Virus record (IMG/VR): IMGVR_UViG_2831987924_000001
Strand: one strand, 5' to 3'
DNA length: 64,000 bases
Source of the DNA: a virus
Taxonomy: Duplodnaviria; Caudoviricetes
Shown here: positions 41,797-53,518 of the stretch, piece by piece
Layout: each line of letters begins with the position of its first letter
Position numbering within the stretch: the first letter of the stretch is position 1
Translations under genes and position numbers: made by a program
The notes under the pieces: generated by a model
The model's input: only the letters and a program-made list of their open reading frames with translations
What the model was told of the DNA's origin: nothing
Database searches by the model: none

Positions 41797-41853
41797 ACAT
41801 AGTCCTCCTTTGTACTAAACATTCAAAAATAACATCTGAATGAAAGATTGGTT

Positions 41854-44649
41854 TTATTGTAATTCTCTTCTTAACTCTTCAATCAGCTTCTTTTTAGCCC
41901 ATTTAGGAATCATTAAAGAACTCGTGCCACTTCCAACATCCATAGATAACAATACTTTCCCTTTGTTCTTTTCTAATGTTTTTAATACTTTTTTAGCTTC
42001 TGTCCAATCAATTTTACGAAAGAGTGTTTTACATTTTCCCCATTGACAAATATAGATTTGAAAACTGTCTTTAACTTTATATAACTCACCATCCTTCGAT
42101 TCATAATAGTAATCAACATGTATAAATGCATCCTTTTTGAAGAAATTTATAATCCTTTCTATACGGTCAATAATCTTTATCAGTATTCTAATAAATATTT
42201 TCTTCATATATCCACACCCTTTTATATTTGAATCAAATCATCCATTTATATTCACCTCGTTTTATTTGAATTCTAATATCCTAATAACTTTTCCCGTTAA
42301 ATAGAAATTTTCTGCACCACTATACAACACTTCATTAAGCAACCCTTCTTTTTCTTCCTCTGTCATTAATTCCTCATCAAAATCACCAGTTAATTCAATT
42401 TCAGCAATTACTTTCATCTTATCAACCTCCTATAAAATGTTAGTTCTATTTATAATACAATAAGATTCCTATCATCTCCTGTAATACTTCTTTCTCTTTC
42501 TTTAATCTCATTCTTTTCTTTTTATACTTTTTAGCTTTATTATATTTTTTATTAATTAAGTCAACAATAACTCGATCAATATTCATGTATTCTGACATAG
42601 CAACAAAGAACCGATAAAACACCTCACTTTCCATCCATATGTATTCTTTACCATTACGGCTTATTTTTTTAACAGGAAATTCATATTGCATTATCATTCA
42701 CCATCCGATAAAGAGCTAATTTTATCACCATTTTTTCATCAAGAATTTAACCTTCTTTAAATATTCTATAATTGTTTCCGTTAAATCAGATTTTTCCGAT
42801 TGTAAAATATCTAAAGCGTTGTCAACATGTTTAATTGCCTCTTTATATTGGTATGGAACATCATCAATATCCAAACTTCTTTTACAATCATCCATAATCT
42901 CCATTAATTTATCAAAGTTGATATTTTGATTCATATAACTATCTCTTAAAGCATACTTGTACCAACTTAACTCAAATCCCGTTGGTTTATGTATGAAATT
43001 AGGTAATTCACAAATTCTATCATCATCTCCCCAATAATAAGGCATTAAAATGAATGTATCGTTCTCAAAATATGTCGCATCTCCAAACTCTGACTTTATC
43101 GTTTTAAACTCGCCTTTATAAGTTTGCTTGTCATTCACAGGTAATCCATAACCATCAAAACCCATATCATATAATTTATAAACAAATGCATCTTGCCAAC
43201 TACGATCAACTCTATATTCTCCTCTTGAATTCCCGAATATCGCATTACCTAATTCCATTAATATCACCTCTGTTTAAAATTTTGTTTTTAAATAGATTTC
43301 AAAAGATCAATTAATTCTCTGCACTCATTGATAATCGATTCTCTTCCCTCTTTTACATACTGTCTAATCACATCTGCTTGACAATTAATTGTATTTTTGC
43401 CTTTGAACATATCGCTAAAATCATCAAACTGCTTTGCGTATTCAACTAAATGGGGATTTTCATCTAAATATTTTAACCACAGTAATTTATACCAGTATGT
43501 AAGATATTTTGTGTCAAATACCTTTCCTTTCAACTCAATATGAGTAGGCTGTCTACCTTTTGCATCTCTCCATGTTTTTGGTACTTCATTACCAAATCTT
43601 TTGCAAAGTTGATAATGATTTTCTATTGAATCATATTTGCCCCACACATTAACTTTTGCATAAAATGCAGAGAATCGTTTATCACCTTTTGAAGAACATT
43701 CTAAAATTTTAATGATGTATCACCTCTCCACAAAAAATCAATTTTATTAATACTCTGTTGAACAAACAATATACGGTTCATCTTTATTTTCCCATTTCAA
43801 TACATCTGCAATAGTCACTAACGCAAACCAGATGCCGTCCATTATTTTCATTTTTCTTGTTACATCTTGATCTTCTTGTGGAATCTCATCTACTTCATAC
43901 CACATCATTACATTTTCCGGATTAACTTCATATGGATAATACATAGGATCTAAAACCTCTTCCTCATTAAGTCCATAATAGTCCATATACCATTGTTTCG
44001 CTTCTTCAAGACTTTTGGCAGCCACATAATCAAATTCGTTTAATCTAAACACTTTCATTTCTTGCATTTGAAAAACTCCTTTCTAAATGAAGTATCGTTT
44101 TTATATAATCAGATAACAAATTGTCTCGTTTACTCAACAATCCATAAATACAAATCATCTAATGGAATTGTATAAGTGTAAGTATCAATGAGGTTTATAC
44201 ATTTTGCTTTATCTCCATCAATTTCTTTAATTAAATAAGGAACAACTATTCCGTTTTGTTTTCTAGAACGTACAATATCATTTACTTTCAGCATTATCTA
44301 TTCTCCCTTCCACTAATAATATTTTTATACTTTAATCTACAATCGAACGAACAAAATCCACCTTGCACATAGAATACACGCAATTTACTTCCACAATATT
44401 TACACGTTTTATGTTTTGACATATCATTCATCCTTTTTATAATCTAAAGAATTTTTGAGGAAAGTTTTTTGCTTTTGTGTGAATAAATTCATCAATAACA
44501 ATTAATGCCACAATAATATTTGCAACAGGTGTTAAAACAAACATTACATCTAACATTTCAGGCATTGTTGTCATATTATTTTTGGCACGCCATCTTACGC
44601 CTATCCATCCAATTATAAATGGTATCACGTACAATAAAACAAATTCCAA
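41854..44649 (-). other. Array of small accessory ORFs (41854-42207, 42446-42697, 42725-43267, 43747-44067, 44437-44649 and others)
   Basis: Co-oriented short ORFs with RBS, many separated by the 18-bp junction motif. Confidence 0.65.
43288..43713 (-). CDS. Putative NADAR-like protein (probable ATT start at 43713)
   Basis: Frame extends upstream as IKILECSSKGDKRFSAFYA after a GAGGTG RBS; SIENHYQLCK resembles the NADAR S.EHYYQ..K motif. Confidence 0.45.
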   Translation of the reverse strand: MKILECSSKGDKRFSAFYAKVNVWGKYDSIENHYQLCKRFGNEVPKTWRDAKGRQPTHIELKGKVFDTKYLTYWYKLLWLKYLDENPHLVEYAKQFDDFSDMFKGKNTINCQADVIRQYVKEGRESIINECRELIDLLKSI

Positions 44650-44701
44650 TTAATGAATCCTCCTTTAAAATTTTCGTTTTATTTAATATATGTATTATGA
44701 T

Positions 44702-45478
44702 TTATTTATAATTATTTAAGTCACTATGTATTTCAAGATTATCCAATCGCTTATTCGCAATTTCTATGTATTTTGATTCTGTTTCAAATGCCATGAATTT
44801 TCTATTTAACATTCTTGCTGCTACACATTCAGTTCCACTTCCACAAAACGGGACTAAGATAATATCATTTTCATTTGTATGCAAATTAATTAAAATATCA
44901 GTTAACCCTTCAATTCGTTTTTGTGAAGGATGTTTACCATAAGTCTTTTCTTTTGAAGGAGTTTGCGTAGTTATAAATACATTTCTTATATTTTTACCTT
45001 CGTTTATTTCTTTAGCATAGTTCAAGTTATATGTCCAATTCTTTCCTTTTACAGCCCATATTAATTGTTCAGTGCTTTCAGAAGGATTCCTGCCAGTTAA
45101 ACAAGGCATTGCATTTGTTTTATACCATGTATAATGAGTTTTAATATCATAACCTATTTTTTCAATTTGGTATCCACAAATATAAATATTATGACGACTT
45201 CCCCAAACTAATAATGAACCACCATTTTTTAAAACACGATAAGCCTCACTAAGCCACAACCAATTAAATTCTTCGAAATTGTCTAGTGTGTCCCATTCTT
45301 CTTTTATAGCATAAAATCTTTTTTCTTCTGATTGTATGTACTTCCCTTTCTTCCCAATATTATATGGAGGATCTGCGATTATTAAATCGACACTATTATC
45401 AGGTATCAATTTCATCCCTTCCAAGCAATCCATTTGATAAATGCGATTTAATTCTAAACTACCTAATAATTCTTTCAA
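44702..45478 (-). CDS. Beta-class N4/N6 DNA methyltransferase
   Basis: IADPPYN, HPSQK, LVPFCGSGT. Confidence 0.9.
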   Translation of the reverse strand: MKELLGSLELNRIYQMDCLEGMKLIPDNSVDLIIADPPYNIGKKGKYIQSEEKRFYAIKEEWDTLDNFEEFNWLWLSEAYRVLKNGGSLLVWGSRHNIYICGYQIEKIGYDIKTHYTWYKTNAMPCLTGRNPSESTEQLIWAVKGKNWTYNLNYAKEINEGKNIRNVFITTQTPSKEKTYGKHPSQKRIEGLTDILINLHTNENDIILVPFCGSGTECVAARMLNRKFMAFETESKYIEIANKRLDNLEIHSDLNNYK

Positions 45479-46952
45479 ACTATCATCTCCTTTTATAATT
45501 TTCTAAATAAAAGACTGATTTTAAACAACCTCAAACCAATTTCCAAAATAACCTTCATGACCTACAACAGCTGCAAAATAATGATGTTTATTGCGATCAT
45601 CAATAATTCCAATCCATTTACCATCATTATGTACAACATCATACACTTTATCTTTAGTTACAAAGCGTTCTTTGGAGATTTTCATATAGTCATCCTTAAT
45701 GGCTTTGAGTTTCATTTATTAACACTCCTTAACTTTATATTTTTATAATTATATTTATTTATCCATCCTTAACTCAACTGGACAAATCATCTCTAAATCA
45801 TCCGCAAGATTACCCATTCTGTTTCCATATGTATCAGCAGTTACCACAAAATCATCTTCTATACCGATAACTTCTAATGGTTTATGGCATTTATTTTTAA
45901 CAATGTCGCCCTTCTTCCATCGCTGCTCTTTTCTTATTTGTTTTAGTTGTTGAATAAGTTCGTGTGCTTTCATAAAACTTATCATCCTTTATTAGTTGGT
46001 TTAACATTAATTACCAACATATTTTGCTTCTAAAAACTTCTCCCACAACTTAAATTCATCATCTATATAATTTTGAAAATCTTCACTCTCACAGAAAGTA
46101 TCTACTGACTGTTGCATACACTCAAATTCTTCCTCTAAAGGCAATTCAACTACATGAATTCTATTCATATACGCCCACCTGATGATTTGATCTTTATTAG
46201 CATTGCTTCCTACAAGTTCATTCATCTTTTCTAGATTTGTCATTTTTAATCCTCCCTTTTTATTAAATACACTTTTTCTTCGTACTGTTCACTAAATTAT
46301 TTTTTAGAATTAACTTCTTTTACAAATTCTAAAGCCTTTTCTAATTCATCTTGATAAAGATAAATTGTAGTGTCGTTATAACCGTTTAAATAATTTTTTA
46401 AAGTCAGTGTTAAAGCGACAAGTTCACCATCTGTTTCAACTTTCAAACTAGACCTATCATTATCAAAAATCACTTTACTTTTCATTTCTTCCACTTTAAT
46501 CACTCCTTTACAGTATGTGTCTAACATCAATTAAAACAGTCATTTTAATCAAATTTACCATCTACAATAAATTCATAAAGCATTTTATAAGCCATTTTTC
46601 CGCCTTTAAAAATTAACTCTTCTTCGTAGTTTCTTTTTGGAACATTTTCAATTTCGTTAAGTTTCAATTCTAATCACTTTAACAGTTTATTCTTATCCAT
46701 TCTTGCTAGCCTCCTCTAATTCAGCTAAAATCAACCATATACTCTCTTCGCTGTTCTCTCTGGCGTGCTGAAGGTCGGCAATTGCTATTCTTAATTCACC
46801 ATTTTCTATATTGTTCAATGCTCTTTCTAAATTCTTCATTGCTTTCTCGATCTTTTCTACAACAAAATCCATGAGATATTATCATCACCTCGCTTTTTTG
46901 AATTCTAATATTATTATATTTTACTTAATTCATTTTGACAACCACTTTTTTA

Positions 46953-47531
46953 TTATTTTTTACTATTATTTTTAAATTTAATATAACACTTCCGACAAAC
47001 AGGTAAATACTCCTCATCACCGATTTGAATTTGTTCGCCTTCAAAAACAGGATTACCATCAACTGTTCTTAAATTCATTCGAGCTTTTCTGTCGCAATAC
47101 CAACAAACTGTTTTAATTTCTTGAATCTTATCTGCTAATTCAACTAATCGTTTACTTCCTTCAAATAACTTACCTTGAAAATCTGTTAATAATCCAAAAC
47201 ACAATACAGGCACATTCAATTCATCCGCAATACGAGCTAATTCATCAATATGATGTTCTTTAGCAAATTGAATTTCGTCACATAAAACAGCATGATATTT
47301 TCGTAATTTCACCATATTGTATATGTATTCGTAATCATTTTCATCAAATGTATAAACTGGATATGTCGTCTCTAACGCTCTCGACTTAACAATATTACCA
47401 TCTCTCGTATCAATTGAAGGCTTAAATATGATAATTGGTTTGTTTTGCTGCTGATAATTATAAGCCGTCATAATTAATTGAGCTGATTTAGATGAACGCA
47501 TAGTGCCATAATAGAAAATTAATTTACTCAT
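46953..47531 (-). CDS. tdk: Thymidine kinase
   Basis: YGTMRSSKS, KPSIDTRD, DEIQF, GLLTDF...LFEGS, C..C...Y..VCR.C. Confidence 0.95.
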   Translation of the reverse strand: MSKLIFYYGTMRSSKSAQLIMTAYNYQQQNKPIIIFKPSIDTRDGNIVKSRALETTYPVYTFDENDYEYIYNMVKLRKYHAVLCDEIQFAKEHHIDELARIADELNVPVLCFGLLTDFQGKLFEGSKRLVELADKIQEIKTVCWYCDRKARMNLRTVDGNPVFEGEQIQIGDEEYLPVCRKCYIKFKNNSKK

Positions 47532-47751
47532 TTACTTTCTCCTTTCTATGATGATGCCCAATCCCTAAAACATATCCAGTCAACACGCTAAATAAACCAA
47601 AAATAAAATTCTCTAAAGGAGGAATCCAAATACGCCAATCTTTTGTTCCCGTATCAATAATACCCCAAAATCCAATCAGCGCAACACCGATATGTATAAC
47701 ACCTTCTAATGTATTAAGTATTGCTAATCCTTTAATTAACCATTTCATCAT
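47524..47751 (-). CDS. Small membrane protein
   Basis: Two hydrophobic segments. Confidence 0.55.
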   Translation of the reverse strand: MMKWLIKGLAILNTLEGVIHIGVALIGFWGIIDTGTKDWRIWIPPLENFIFGLFSVLTGYVLGIGHHHRKEKVNE

Positions 47752-48089
47752 TCGTTTACCACTTCAATCTCTTCATTTTCTTCAATCCCTAATTCTTTAT
47801 TTAATTCATTATATTTTTCTTTATCTAATGTCCAATCTTCAGGTACATAACATTTATTTCTCATCCATACAACCTTATCATCTTTCACTAAAAACCAAAG
47901 TGAACCATACTTGTACAACTGACAAGGATAACCTGATGAATCTTCTTTCTTTGCTAAAAGCATGTTACGTGTCATCTTACGTCTAATTTGATCATATGAA
48001 ATATTTTTATTCCCTTTCACATTGTTTCGATAGTATTTTTCTACCTTTCTTTTCAATTTCAACAATTCCATTATGCTTCATCTCCTTTT

Positions 48090-48491
48090 TTATTTATATA
48101 TCATTTGCAATATTTGTTTTGGAACAAAAGTTCTAACTATATTACCTTTTGCAGCGTTCTTGGCTAAATGATGTGCTGTTGTATTTTGTCTTCTTGGTAT
48201 CCAGCCAAATGCTATATTATTTATCTCAGAATGATATTTGCTCGCAAATTCATTTACTATATCTCTGTTGTCAGACAAAATTATAATGTCGTTATTTATA
48301 TTTAATTCTTTTAACTTATACAAAGCATACACAATTGCTAACCGTTCACAGTGGAACGAATCTTTACAATGTGTTCTAATATTGTAGTAATACCTCCCTT
48401 TATACCGATCAATCACAACCATTCCTATTCCGCTTTCCTTGTTCTTGTGATAAGAACCATCTACTTTAACTATATATCTTCGTCTTGGCAC
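48090..48491 (-). CDS. RNase H-like protein
   Basis: VDGSY, E.LA, ILSD, WIPR.QN..AH.LAK. Confidence 0.8.
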   Translation of the reverse strand: MPRRRYIVKVDGSYHKNKESGIGMVVIDRYKGRYYYNIRTHCKDSFHCERLAIVYALYKLKELNINNDIIILSDNRDIVNEFASKYHSEINNIAFGWIPRRQNTTAHHLAKNAAKGNIVRTFVPKQILQMIYK

Positions 48492-48522
48492 TTTATTTTC
48501 TCCTCTCTATGTTAATTCTTAT

Positions 48523-51500
48523 TTATATATTTTCCTTTAATTTATCCATCTCAACACTAAATTTCTCTCCCATTTTCTTTAATTCATCTAATCCACCGCC
48601 AACTAAACCAAACTTAACCCATTCTGGATAACGAAATTTCTTTAATACTTCTTTAAATTCTTTTGTACTCAACAAAGGTTCTAGTTCATAAATCCAAACA
48701 TTATTAAAAAACCATACTGTTATTAACGCATCCCATAATGCTCTCGAATCAAAACATAATTTATGTATATACTTATAATATGTTATTCTTGCTAATATTC
48801 CATTATAATTAGCTCTCATTAATACTTCTGTAATATTTTTAATATCTCTATTACCATTAAGTATCTCATATTTAGCGTGATAAAAATCATTTATTGCTAT
48901 GTAGTCAAATGTTTTAAATAATTCATTCTGCAATATTCGCACTTGTTCATTGAAAGGTATACTCACTGTATTATCACCTCTTTGCATAAAGTTTGTCCTT
49001 TATTCAAATTCCTTTAAATACTTTTCAACCTCAATAAAAACATCACAAATCTTTTCATAATCATCAACACTCAAATTATGCTCTCCACGATTTAAATATG
49101 TACAATATTCTACATCAAGTTTTGTTGAAGCTTCATATAACTTTTTTAATAAATTATTTAATTTACTAATCTCCTCCATATATATTTCTTTCTCAACTAA
49201 CAATGACTCAATAGTAGGTAAATCAGCAATTGGACATAACATTGAAAGCTGTTTGCGAAGTTTTTCGTTTTCTTCTTGTACTTGTTGGAGCTGTTTCTTT
49301 AATTGATATCGATCTTCTAACCATTTATTTTTATAAAACTCCCTCATTTTTGCATTTTGTTCATTTTCTTGCTGCAACTCCTCAATAACTGGCTTAATAC
49401 CTTCAAACACTTCATTTAAAAATTCCTCATCAACTTCAACAAAATCATCTAATGTCATTGTTCCATAGCTAAATGCTTCTTTTGATCTAGTCAAATGATA
49501 AAGATATGTACCATCTTCACATTCATCAGTTAAACCAAAATGTGAAGCCAAGATATTTCTGATTTGCTGTAATTTATCATTCATTCTTCCACCTCCAATA
49601 TCAACTCTCTATATTTTTCAATTTCATACCCTCCCCAGAGTGTCGGATCACCAAGCTCTCTTAATTGTTTAATCTTTTTTGCTCGCTCAATAAGCCATTC
49701 TATATCTCGATCTTCGATAAACCCTCTTCTGAACCAATCTTCGATCTCATGTAATTTATTATTCATTTATATTTACCTCCTATTATTATATTTTTTCTAC
49801 AAATTGAAACTTTTATCTAATTTCTTTTTGATTTAACGTCATCGCAAAACGTTTCACACATTTATCATTTTTATTGCATAAATGGTAGACCCTATTTGAA
49901 AATGGTGTTTCTACGCAACCATGTTGCAATACTTTACCTAAATGAATTTCTAAAATATTTGTTTTATCTGCATGAAGCTTTCCACACATGTCACATACAT
50001 AAGTTTGTGGAACAAACATCGCTCTAACCTCCCGATAAATCAAACTTTTTATTCGATTTCTTCAACAATTAATTTAATTTTTACCATCTTACCTGTATAC
50101 CCAAATAAATGAAAAGGGTATAATCTTAATAATGATTTTTTATCTGGTATAAAATTCCCTTCCTCATCCCAATACCCATTAGCATAATCAAAATCATCTG
50201 GTTCTTTTCCTGTAATTTAAATGTTTCCTTATCTACTTCAAAACAAAATTCTTCGCCATCACCTGAATTAAATCCAACAAATTCAAACTCCTTTTTCACA
50301 TTAACATCTCCTTTCTGTTTAAAATGGAATTTCGTTTAAATTTCAACATCAATACCTTTTGCTTTAAGCATAGTTATACAAATAGTTTTTGCAAGGTTAG
50401 TGCCCCACCATGTAAATGTTTCTTCAGGTGTATCGATCGAAACACAATATTTTTGCACTTTATCAAAAGAGAAAATGCCTTTAGATATTGAATAGTTATC
50501 AAATTGTTCTAAAGCCATCATAGCGTCCACAATATTAGCTGTAGGAGACCATTTTTCAAATTTAAATGCACTACCATCTTCACGTTTAAGATATTTATCA
50601 GTACCGTAAGTTACTAATTTCCACTCCATCACTTTCTCCGCAACCAAACGGTCAATTGCACGTGAATCCATTGTATCACTCTTCCTTCATAAATGTTTTA
50701 ATCCAATCAGGATATCTTACCAACATTTCCTCTAAAATTAAAAATTCCAATTCCTCTTCACATTCATCACAATTTAGACACTCTACTTGACCACAATAAT
50801 CACCATCATACACACTGATCATTTCGTTGCCACAAAATGGGCAATATTTCATCTTATTGATTGAATCAGCCCTAAATACATAATGCAATACACTCACTCC
50901 CCATATTTTACCTTTGCATTTTTGAATTTCATTTCTGTATAATCATTTTTGAAAATCACCTCATCACCAATTACTTTTACATATTTCTCATATGTATGAA
51001 TTACCTTCCCATCCGCATAAATCGTTACTTTCTCACCTTTATCATCCACCTGTAATTTCTCTGGTGTGCTCGTATGGTTTAGACCGATCAAAGTAAACAG
51101 AATTAAAGCACCTAACATAAAAACACCAAACCTTTTCATTATCACACCCCTTTCTATAAAATAACTATTTCATCACATCTTGATTATATTGTATTATTAT
51201 ATTTTATTTAAGTCAACTGATTTTTACAAAAAAATAACCATCTTAGTTCGAAACATTTTTGTTTCACACCAAGATGACTTTTGAAATAATTTTATCGCTA
51301 TTTCTATTTTATATATGTTATAATGTACATGTTCCAAATGAATTTATTTTCGTTGTTTGGTCACTAGACGTTATGTTTAGTGACTATTTTTTATTCCACA
51401 TCTTCCCACTCAATGTGAAAGTTATCTACATTTAATCTATGTACTGTTCCATCAATTGTTTCAATATCGATGTTGCGAATGTTAGCATTTAATTCGTTGA

Positions 51501-51600
51501 TAAGAGCATAAATTTTTTGTAGTGCTTCACTTTGACTCTTAGCTAATACTTGCGTTGATACATTCAAAACAATTGATCCAAATGATGTGAATTTATTCAT
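48523..51600 (-). other. Array of small accessory ORFs (incl. 49000-49584, phage ABA-sandwich-like 50336-50671, zinc-finger ORFs 49813-50043 and 50676-50897, 51391-51600)
   Basis: Co-oriented ORFs; D.LVAEKVM.W...WSPT.NI.DA...AIC motif in 50336-50671. Confidence 0.6.
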
Positions 51601-51831
51601 ATTATACCCCCCCTTTTTTAGTTATTTAAGTAATAAACATTCTACGTTTTTATTTTATATACTCTACATCATCCAATCTCCTTTCAAGAATAAGAACTTA
51701 TGTTCTTATTATTTATTATACACATTATGGTTTATTTTTCTAGTGTTTTTTAAAATATTTTTTATCCTCTTTTACAAACAGGTAAATTTTGTTATTATAT
51801 AATTATTCTGAATAGGAGGCTCGATCTGCTG

Positions 51832-52047
51832 ATGAAAGAGATAAAATTTGGAAAATGCCTACTTTTAGAGCTTCTTCAGAAAAAAGGCATGACACAATCG
51901 GAACTTTCCATAAAAACAGGTATAACCGAGTCGCAAATCTCTCTTTACATCTCTGGAAAAAGAAAAATGTCATATTTAAGCGCCGTTAAAATTTCTTTTG
52001 TATTGAAGTGTCATGCTGAAGACCTATACGTTTGGAAAGAAGAGTAG
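51832..52047 (+). CDS. XRE-family HTH transcriptional regulator (YopS-like position)
   Basis: MTQSELSIKTGITESQISLYISGKR helix-turn-helix; the only clear plus-strand phage gene. Confidence 0.9.
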   Translation: MKEIKFGKCLLLELLQKKGMTQSELSIKTGITESQISLYISGKRKMSYLSAVKISFVLKCHAEDLYVWKEE

Positions 52048-52469
52048 GCACACTATGGGGAATACCTCCAATAGTACTTTTTTCTTTGCTTAGGCGCAAA
52101 GTTTTACTTTTACTAATAAATATTTTAATACAAATTTCTACATTTTTCATTGTCTTATTTTGTCGAATTTCGTCTAAATCATTTTTATATTTTATATAAT
52201 TAAATGGGTTCATCACCACAACATGTACTTGACAAGCGATACGTTCTCCTGAACAAGGATGTGCAAAAATCATTGATTTACTGATTTTTCCTCACAAGCG
52301 TAAGTGGGGCATGTTATGAAAAAATCAAGCACAACTTTTGGTGAAGAGCCATTAAATGGTAATAAAGGAAATATATGCTATAATGCAATCGAGTTCATGA
52401 TATTACTTTATACCCATAAAACATCACAAACCCCATTGCATTATTATTATATTTTTATCATTATGTATG

Positions 52470-52501
52470 AATTTAATCCCTTATAAAAAGGGATTAAATT
52501 T
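52470..52501. terminator. Terminator hairpin after the mrpR-like gene
   Basis: aatttaatccctt-ataa-aaagggattaaatt inverted repeat. Confidence 0.65.
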
Positions 52502-53503
52502 TTATTTTTGTCCAATATCAATACCATATAAATCGAGTATGTTATCACGATTAATAAATTGTCGCATTGCATGGTAGTTATAAGTCTCATGCCCATTATT
52601 AATAATTTTCCCTAAACCAAACTGTTCTGCAATCTTAGCTAACTGCTTATTAGTTAACTCTCCATCTTCTTTATATAAATCAACAGCGATCTTAATCATT
52701 CCAGAACGCCATATATTTTTGATTGTTAAATAAGGCATATCAAATAATTCTTTAATCATATACATTCTGCGATATATAACATTTTTGTCAGCTTCTCCTC
52801 TTGTTCTCCCCGTTAGAACGTTTTTAATTATATGATCTGTCTCATAATACGGATACTCACTTTTTCCATGCTTTGATTCTTTTTCACCATTTCGAGCATA
52901 ATACACTTTTTCGTTAATTGCTTTTTCAATAATATCTAAACATCTATCACTAACTGTAATAAATCTTTCACCGTTTTTATCATCATATAATCTTAATCGT
53001 TTATTTGTATAATCTACATCATATTTTTTCAAATTAATTAACTCACTGACCTCATACCCATTTGCGCCTTCAAATAATAATCTTAATATTACTTTATCTT
53101 GATAATTCACTAATTGATCTTCAATTTCAATTAGCTCATCTTCTGAAATAAACAGTTTTTTACTTTTATCTATACATTCTTCGTAATCTTTTGCAGTAAA
53201 CATATCCATTGGATTAATATTACTATTCGTTAATCCTATACGAATAGCCCAATCAATATATTTTTTCATCATGGAAGCAAATGAGCGGACGCTGTTTAAT
53301 GTACTTTTATTTGCATTTAATAATACTTGCTTTAATTCACTCATATTAAAATCATACATATCTTTTTGTAAAATATCCTCTACATCATAACTCTTATAAA
53401 AAACAAACCTGAAAACATGAACCGTTTCCTCTGTATATCCTTCTTCATCGATTAAATATTGCAAAAATGACTCTTTAATTTCCTTATTATACATTTTACT
53501 CAT
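52502..53503 (-). CDS. MrpR/YopR-like master repressor (tyrosine-recombinase fold)
   Basis: MYN.EIKE.FL, LVNYQDKVILRLLFEG, EL..L, I..SG.I; no canonical RHRHY; SPbeta synteny. Confidence 0.78.
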   Translation of the reverse strand: MSKMYNKEIKESFLQYLIDEEGYTEETVHVFRFVFYKSYDVEDILQKDMYDFNMSELKQVLLNANKSTLNSVRSFASMMKKYIDWAIRIGLTNSNINPMDMFTAKDYEECIDKSKKLFISEDELIEIEDQLVNYQDKVILRLLFEGANGYEVSELINLKKYDVDYTNKRLRLYDDKNGERFITVSDRCLDIIEKAINEKVYYARNGEKESKHGKSEYPYYETDHIIKNVLTGRTRGEADKNVIYRRMYMIKELFDMPYLTIKNIWRSGMIKIAVDLYKEDGELTNKQLAKIAEQFGLGKIINNGHETYNYHAMRQFINRDNILDLYGIDIGQK

Positions 53504-53518
53504 TCATATTCACCTCTC

